Positions 59,439 through 64,000 of a stretch of 64,000 nucleotides of DNA are shown here, in pieces (positions within the stretch are counted from its first letter, which is position 1; every line of letters begins with the position of its first letter). Origin of the DNA: an uncultured Bacteroidales bacterium. Lineage in GTDB: Bacteria > Bacteroidota > Bacteroidia > Bacteroidales > VadinHA17. The notes under the pieces were generated by a model. The model was not told the DNA's origin and ran no database searches. It saw only the letters and a list, made by a program, of their open reading frames with translations. The translations under genes were made by a program, and so were the position numbers. The stretch spans positions 8,625-72,624 of the forward strand of contig CAVSZC010000007.1 of the NCBI GenBank assembly GCA_963732365.1, in the 5' to 3' direction.

Positions 59439-60499
59439 GATGAAAGTATGATCAAGGAATGGTTTACATTCCTTAAGTGATTATATATTAAAATGTTTTT
59501 TATTTCCCTTATGGGTTTATCACCAAGGCATATTACCTGAGGAACATACTGTTCCCTTATTATGACAGATGCAAGGTAAAGTGCAAATGATGAACAGGTA
59601 TCATATTCACCGCAAAGATGTTTAAAGTAAGCAGTAGCATTAGTCTTAAAGATTGTATCTGACAGAGTGGAATATACCTCATCCGAGTACATGTCTCCGC
59701 TTCTGCCGGTAATAATCAGGTCAATATTGGCAATATCCCCGATAGCCGTGTTAATGATATCGGTTATTCTCTTCTCAATTTCTGAGCGGTCTGCGGGTTT
59801 GAAAATTGTATTGACTGAGACTAACTTTGCAATGGTGCCAGGTGTTTTATGATCGCTCAAAACAAAGAAGGAAACACCCTCGCCGGCAATAGTGCCTTTG
59901 CTCTTGTAATCAAGGAGCCGGAGATTATTAACAGGTTCTTTTTTCCAGAATCCCAGACGGTCAGTGATTGTCAATGAGTTTTGCGTTATCTCCTCAATAG
60001 CGCCCACGAGTACATTTGTGCCCGGATTCTCCTGCAGGTACATCATTCCATCCAGCAGAGCATTTTCAAATGCAAATCCGCGGTGTGCATATGTGTTGTT
60101 GTAGCTATTGCATTTCAATATCAATGCAATAGCGGAGCTAACGGTATTATGTGTAGACTGGATGAATGGAGTTGGATTAAGGTAATTTTCTTCATTTTCA
60201 TAAACCGATTCCAAGAATTTCTCTGTATCCTCAAGGCATCCCTGGCCGGTACCGGCAATAATTGCGTCAGGGTTATCAATACCGGCCTCCCGAAGACACT
60301 TAAGGGCTGAGCATACACCCATTTTGATAATCCGGCTCATACGTCTGGATATCATGGGCTCAAGAAACTCATTATATTGAGGTTCTATGCATTTCAGCCA
60401 GCGAGTTTCATCGTATTCTCTAATATTATTCAATAATCCCTCTCCTGAAAAGGTATTTTGGGGGGAGATTGAATTAATACTGTTAATAAATGCATTCAT
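59432..60499 (-). CDS. Beta-ketoacyl synthase-like protein lacking the Cys-His-His triad (chain-length-factor-like)
   Basis: 355 aa with thiolase-fold-like sequence, but no TAC(S/A)S cysteine context and no HGTGT or GH..GA motifs. Confidence 0.55.
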   Translation of the reverse strand: MNAFINSINSISPQNTFSGEGLLNNIREYDETRWLKCIEPQYNEFLEPMISRRMSRIIKMGVCSALKCLREAGIDNPDAIIAGTGQGCLEDTEKFLESVYENEENYLNPTPFIQSTHNTVSSAIALILKCNSYNNTYAHRGFAFENALLDGMMYLQENPGTNVLVGAIEEITQNSLTITDRLGFWKKEPVNNLRLLDYKSKGTIAGEGVSFFVLSDHKTPGTIAKLVSVNTIFKPADRSEIEKRITDIINTAIGDIANIDLIITGRSGDMYSDEVYSTLSDTIFKTNATAYFKHLCGEYDTCSSFALYLASVIIREQYVPQVICLGDKPIREIKNILIYNHLRNVNHSLIILSSC

Positions 60500-60500
60500 A

Positions 60501-61706
60501 TCAGCAGGCGGTGAAAATTAGACTTGTATTGTTGCCTCCGAATCCAAATGAGTTTGACAGTATGTTGATGACAGGTTGATTTTTACGGAATACGGTAACA
60601 GGTGAAAAGTTCAACTCCTCCATCTGGCTCCTGAAGTTCATATTGGGGTAGATCCACTGCCTTTTCAGAGCCATAACGCATAATATTGCTTCTATTGCGC
60701 CTGCAGCACCAAGAGTATGACCTGTGAATGATTTTGTTGAGCTTACAGGGGGTACCAGCCCGCTGCAGAGTCTCTCAATAGCTTTTCCTTCCGACAAGTC
60801 ATTGTTAATTGTTCCCGTGCCGTGGGCATTAATATAATCAATCCCTGCAGGTGTAATGCCAGCTTTTGACAATGCCTTCTGCATCGAAAGCAAGGCTCCG
60901 TCTCCCTCAGGGGAAGAGGCAGTCTGGTGAAATGCTTCGCAGGCATTACCATATCCTGTTACAGAGCATAGGACAGGCTTTCCTTCATTACTGACACTCC
61001 GTTCTGATTCCAGCATGAGAAACCCTGCGCCTTCTCCCAATGTCAGTCCATTTCTTTCATTATCAAATGGTTTGCATCCAGACCTGTCTAATATCATTAG
61101 GCTGTTGAATCCATTCAAAGTAAACAGGGAGAGTGCATCAACACCACCCACCAGGACCCTGTCAAGAATACCATTTTCAATGAGTCGCGTTCCGACGAGT
61201 ATGGCATTTGCCGATGAGGAACATGCTGTACTAATGGTCGTTACGTAATCAACGATTCCCAGGAAGGCTGCAATTTTTTCAGTACTGTCGGCACAATCGT
61301 GCGAAATAATATCCCTAAGCCGCCCTCTCGATTTATCCATTCTGAATTTCAGCCAGAAATTTTCAGTTCTATCCATGCCCCCTCCTGTGGAAGCAGAGAT
61401 GAGACCTGTTCTGGCTGTATTTAAATCTGAAATGTGAGCATTCATCAAGGCCTGGCGAGCTGCAATAATACCCAACAGGGATGACCGGGAAAAAGCTCTT
61501 CGGTCAGAGACTCCCACTCTCGCTTTCAGCTCATTATTATCAGCCTTAACTTCCGCAACCGGAATTTCGTCTTTGTAACGACTATCCAGAATCGTTAAAC
61601 TGCCAATCCCGCTCTTTAATGCCTGAAGTGAAGATGCTGTCTCCTCTGCATCAAATCCTATCGATGAAACAATCCCTATACCGGTTACAAAGACTTTTTC
61701 TGGCAC
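60501..61706 (-). CDS. Beta-ketoacyl-ACP synthase (FabF/KS II-like)
   Basis: 401 aa from a GTG start. Active site ISTACSSS, plus NAHGTGT and FTGHTLGAAG. Confidence 0.85.
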   Translation of the reverse strand: MPEKVFVTGIGIVSSIGFDAEETASSLQALKSGIGSLTILDSRYKDEIPVAEVKADNNELKARVGVSDRRAFSRSSLLGIIAARQALMNAHISDLNTARTGLISASTGGGMDRTENFWLKFRMDKSRGRLRDIISHDCADSTEKIAAFLGIVDYVTTISTACSSSANAILVGTRLIENGILDRVLVGGVDALSLFTLNGFNSLMILDRSGCKPFDNERNGLTLGEGAGFLMLESERSVSNEGKPVLCSVTGYGNACEAFHQTASSPEGDGALLSMQKALSKAGITPAGIDYINAHGTGTINNDLSEGKAIERLCSGLVPPVSSTKSFTGHTLGAAGAIEAILCVMALKRQWIYPNMNFRSQMEELNFSPVTVFRKNQPVINILSNSFGFGGNNTSLIFTAC

Positions 61707-61778
61707 AATCAGTAACTATGTAATTTCAGGCTTTTTTGGCTCAAATCGCCCATCATATTATAAGATCAATGTTATTCG

Positions 61779-62036
61779 TCAGCTCCCTTTGTTATCTCTG
61801 ACATACTCTGCCATTGTTCTTACTGAATATAGAACTTTTTTTCCGTCAGCAGGAGAGTTGATTTTTAAGCCATATTTCTTTTCAAGCAATACTATCAATT
61901 CGAGAGCATCAATTGAGTCAAGGCCAAGGCCGTCAACAAAAAGAGGGATGTTTTCATCTATGTTTTCGGGCTTCATTTCCGTCAGATTCAAAGCTGCGAT
62001 GATCTCCTCCTTAAGTTTTAATATTATTTGTTCCAT
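61779..62036 (-). CDS. Acyl carrier protein
   Basis: 85 aa. Phosphopantetheine site LGLDSIDALEL. Confidence 0.85.
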   Translation of the reverse strand: MEQIILKLKEEIIAALNLTEMKPENIDENIPLFVDGLGLDSIDALELIVLLEKKYGLKINSPADGKKVLYSVRTMAEYVRDNKGS

Positions 62037-62039
62037 TAA

Positions 62040-62681
62040 TCAGTGCTTCTTTTCGAAAATATTCTGAACTGCGGTTGGCTCAAATTTAGCAAATTTGACA
62101 TCAGATTTAATAGTATCCTCAATTAAATACACAACAGACTTAAAATCATCCTGGTTTATTTCAACCCATCCGGCTATACAGCATTTAAGCACATCGTTAT
62201 CCAGAATTGACAAGACATAATCTACAAGAAAGAAAGTGTCAAATTCCTTTAATACAAAAAAACTGCCTTCACCGAAGAATTTATGTTTTATACAAATCTC
62301 ACCTATTACTATGTTAGGGAGAGTATACACAAAAACAGAGGGACTGGGAAAATAGTTATCACGGTAGTTTATGGTCTCCTGGTAAGATTTATCAGTATCC
62401 AACGAAGAGGAGGCATTCATAAGGATGATTCCCACTTCATCTCCTGAGTATTGAAGTCCCAAGTTCCTGTCTTTAAGAAGTAATTCCGCTGAAAGAAAGC
62501 CCAATTTGCTCAGGTTGTCCATTTTATGAAACTTGGGGTAATTTATCGCGAAATGCCTGTATGCAGCCAGGAAAAACTCTTCTGCGCCAGAATCAGGTCC
62601 GATAAACAAAGTTGTATCGTCAACAATAATAGAATTGTTGCGGATTGAACAGTAACTGCTTATTGAATAAGACCTCTTCAC
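62040..62681 (-). CDS. Hypothetical protein of the APE-like cluster
   Basis: 213 aa with no catalytic motif recognised. It sits between a KS gene and the ACP gene, as small accessory proteins do in aryl-polyene loci. Confidence 0.45.
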   Translation of the reverse strand: MKRSYSISSYCSIRNNSIIVDDTTLFIGPDSGAEEFFLAAYRHFAINYPKFHKMDNLSKLGFLSAELLLKDRNLGLQYSGDEVGIILMNASSSLDTDKSYQETINYRDNYFPSPSVFVYTLPNIVIGEICIKHKFFGEGSFFVLKEFDTFFLVDYVLSILDNDVLKCCIAGWVEINQDDFKSVVYLIEDTIKSDVKFAKFEPTAVQNIFEKKH

Positions 62682-63823
62682 TTCTTACTTAATAATATTG
62701 CTGCGTTACAGCCTCCGAAACCAGATGCAATTTTCATACAGTTATTAACTTCTACATTGACTTGAGCATTGGTTATCCGAAGTGGGTTTGACACCCCGTT
62801 TTCATTGTAACCAATTGTGCCGAACAAAACACCTTTTCTCATGGAATGGAGACACATTACAGTTTCAATAATTCCTGCAGCGCCAAGCGTATGACCCCAA
62901 TATCCCTTGAGGCTGTTTACAGGTACATTATTCAGTCGTGCCCTTGTCAAAGCTACTGACTCCATTTCGTCATTGTAAAGAGTTCCGGTTCCGTGAGTTG
63001 AGATATAATCAATTTTCGCAGAGTTTTTTTTCAGAAGGCGATCGATTGAAAGAAATAACCCTTCGCCAGTCCTTGAAGGACCGGATATGTGATTTGCGTC
63101 ATTTGAGGCAAAGCCATCCTCCACCGCGATTTTTACACTCCTATCAGCAAATGCAGATTCTGAAGTGAGAATGACAGTACCGGAGCCTTCTCCAAGAGAC
63201 AATCCATCCCTGGTCTTGTCAAAAGGACGACAGGGGCCTGTGCTCAGTGATTTGAAAGAGTTGAATCCCGACAGCACAAATTCGGTGATCACGTCAGTAC
63301 CGTTGACTATTACATTACGGTATAATCCGGATCTGATCAGACGTAATCCTGTAATTATTGCCTGAACTCCTGAAATACAGGCTGTGGAAACAACCAGAGG
63401 CTTGTTCCTGAACCCAAAATGTTTTCTTATGAGTTCTGCTACATTCCATAAATATATCCTCTCTTTTCCGAACTTATTCTCATTTGCTTTTCGCAGAAGG
63501 TCAATATTACCTTTAGTAGTGGATAAAATAAAAAGTGTATCCGGACCTGTCAGGTTCAGAACAGATTTAGATATTGCCTCATTAATTGAGCATATCGCCA
63601 ACTGTTCGAAACGTGTATAATACTCCTCGTCTCCTATACAAGAGAATTTTTCGCGCAAAACAGAAGTATTGATGAGTGAGGCGTAAAATTCGTCTGCGGC
63701 AATATGTTGTTCTCTATGAAGCTTTATGCCTGTCTCCCAGTCAAGCATATGGGCCGCGTTTTCATCCTCAGTGAAGCCGAGTGATGTAATGATATTTTCA
63801 GAAGATATGAAAACGTCAGTCAC
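62678..63823 (-). CDS. Beta-ketoacyl-ACP synthase (second KS)
   Basis: 381 aa from a GTG start. VVSTACISG, STHGTGT and YWGHTLGAAG motifs. Confidence 0.85.
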   Translation of the reverse strand: MTDVFISSENIITSLGFTEDENAAHMLDWETGIKLHREQHIAADEFYASLINTSVLREKFSCIGDEEYYTRFEQLAICSINEAISKSVLNLTGPDTLFILSTTKGNIDLLRKANENKFGKERIYLWNVAELIRKHFGFRNKPLVVSTACISGVQAIITGLRLIRSGLYRNVIVNGTDVITEFVLSGFNSFKSLSTGPCRPFDKTRDGLSLGEGSGTVILTSESAFADRSVKIAVEDGFASNDANHISGPSRTGEGLFLSIDRLLKKNSAKIDYISTHGTGTLYNDEMESVALTRARLNNVPVNSLKGYWGHTLGAAGIIETVMCLHSMRKGVLFGTIGYNENGVSNPLRITNAQVNVEVNNCMKIASGFGGCNAAILLSKK

Positions 63824-63847
63824 TTATCAAGATATTTGTTTGCTTCC

Positions 63848-64000
63848 CTATAATCCCATCTTTTTCTTCCATTCAATGAAGAAGGCAGGAAAACTAAGTA
63901 GCAGTTCACGGTTCATATTAAGAAATACCTGTGCCGATGAGCCCCTGGCAATAACATCATGAGTTTTATTGTTGTATACAGTATAATCAAACAGGATTTT
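63848..64000 (-). CDS. 3' end of a gene running off the right edge (possibly a hotdog-fold thioesterase)
   Basis: Translated by hand: ...KILFDYTVYNNKTHDVIARGSSAQVFLNMNRELLLSFPAFFIEWKKKMGL*, with the stop (TAG) at 63850..63848. The family assignment is weak. Confidence 0.3.
   Translation of the reverse strand, partial: KILFDYTVYNNKTHDVIARGSSAQVFLNMNRELLLSFPAFFIEWKKKMGL

Overview
The window looks like a Bacteroidota chromosome segment. Evidence: T9SS cargo proteins with type A and type B C-terminal sorting domains, a PorP/SprF gene, TAnnTTTG-type -7 promoter boxes in front of both tRNAs, and an aryl-polyene/flexirubin-like lipid cluster. By eye the composition is mosaic. The left ~9.3 kb is markedly AT-rich and ends at the 3' end of a tRNA-Met(CAT). 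It reads as a defence island: a type I R-M operon (hsdM-hsdS-hsdR, with hsdR running off the left edge), an orphan 190-204 aa protein with a caspase-like His/Cys arrangement, and a translationally coupled pair of a PD-(D/E)xK-like nuclease and a 1059-aa SF2 DEAH helicase (Hachiman-like architecture, not verifiable by eye). Imperfect direct repeats bracket the orphan gene plus the nuclease-helicase pair. From 9.5 to 38.5 kb the sequence is GC-richer and mostly housekeeping: SRPBCC protein, LptF/G permease, GT4, GT2, ribBA, fmt, GH73-LysM hydrolase, cdd, an OmpR/HisKA two-component pair, an RluA-family synthase, panB, dnaK, MORN protein, S8 peptidase with T9SS CTD, xseA/xseB, thioredoxin, CCA/HD nucleotidyltransferase and an EEP nuclease. 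This block ends with a T9SS cargo module: PorP/SprF plus a 1931-1946 aa Calx-beta/HYR/SprB-like adhesin. From 38.6 to 57 kb: a GC-rich candidate structured RNA, tRNA-Val(TAC), a cold-shock protein, DUF1801, a dipeptide epimerase with an alpha-oxoamine synthase, BlaI with an M56/TonB sensor, S9 peptidase, acyl-CoA ligase, a SAM methyltransferase, a sialidase with a GntR regulator, and a 5'-nucleotidase. From 57 to 64 kb an AT-rich, tightly overlapping type II FAS/PKS-like cluster (two KS, a CLF-like protein, ACP, hotdog dehydratase, LolA-like protein, lipoprotein, deacetylase) continues off the right edge. The non-coding items most worth follow-up are a ~0.45 kb tandem composite repeat downstream of dnaK built from GATC-bearing triloop palindromes, and the candidate structured RNA at 38.76-38.93 kb. 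No integrase, transposase, CRISPR array or rRNA was recognised.
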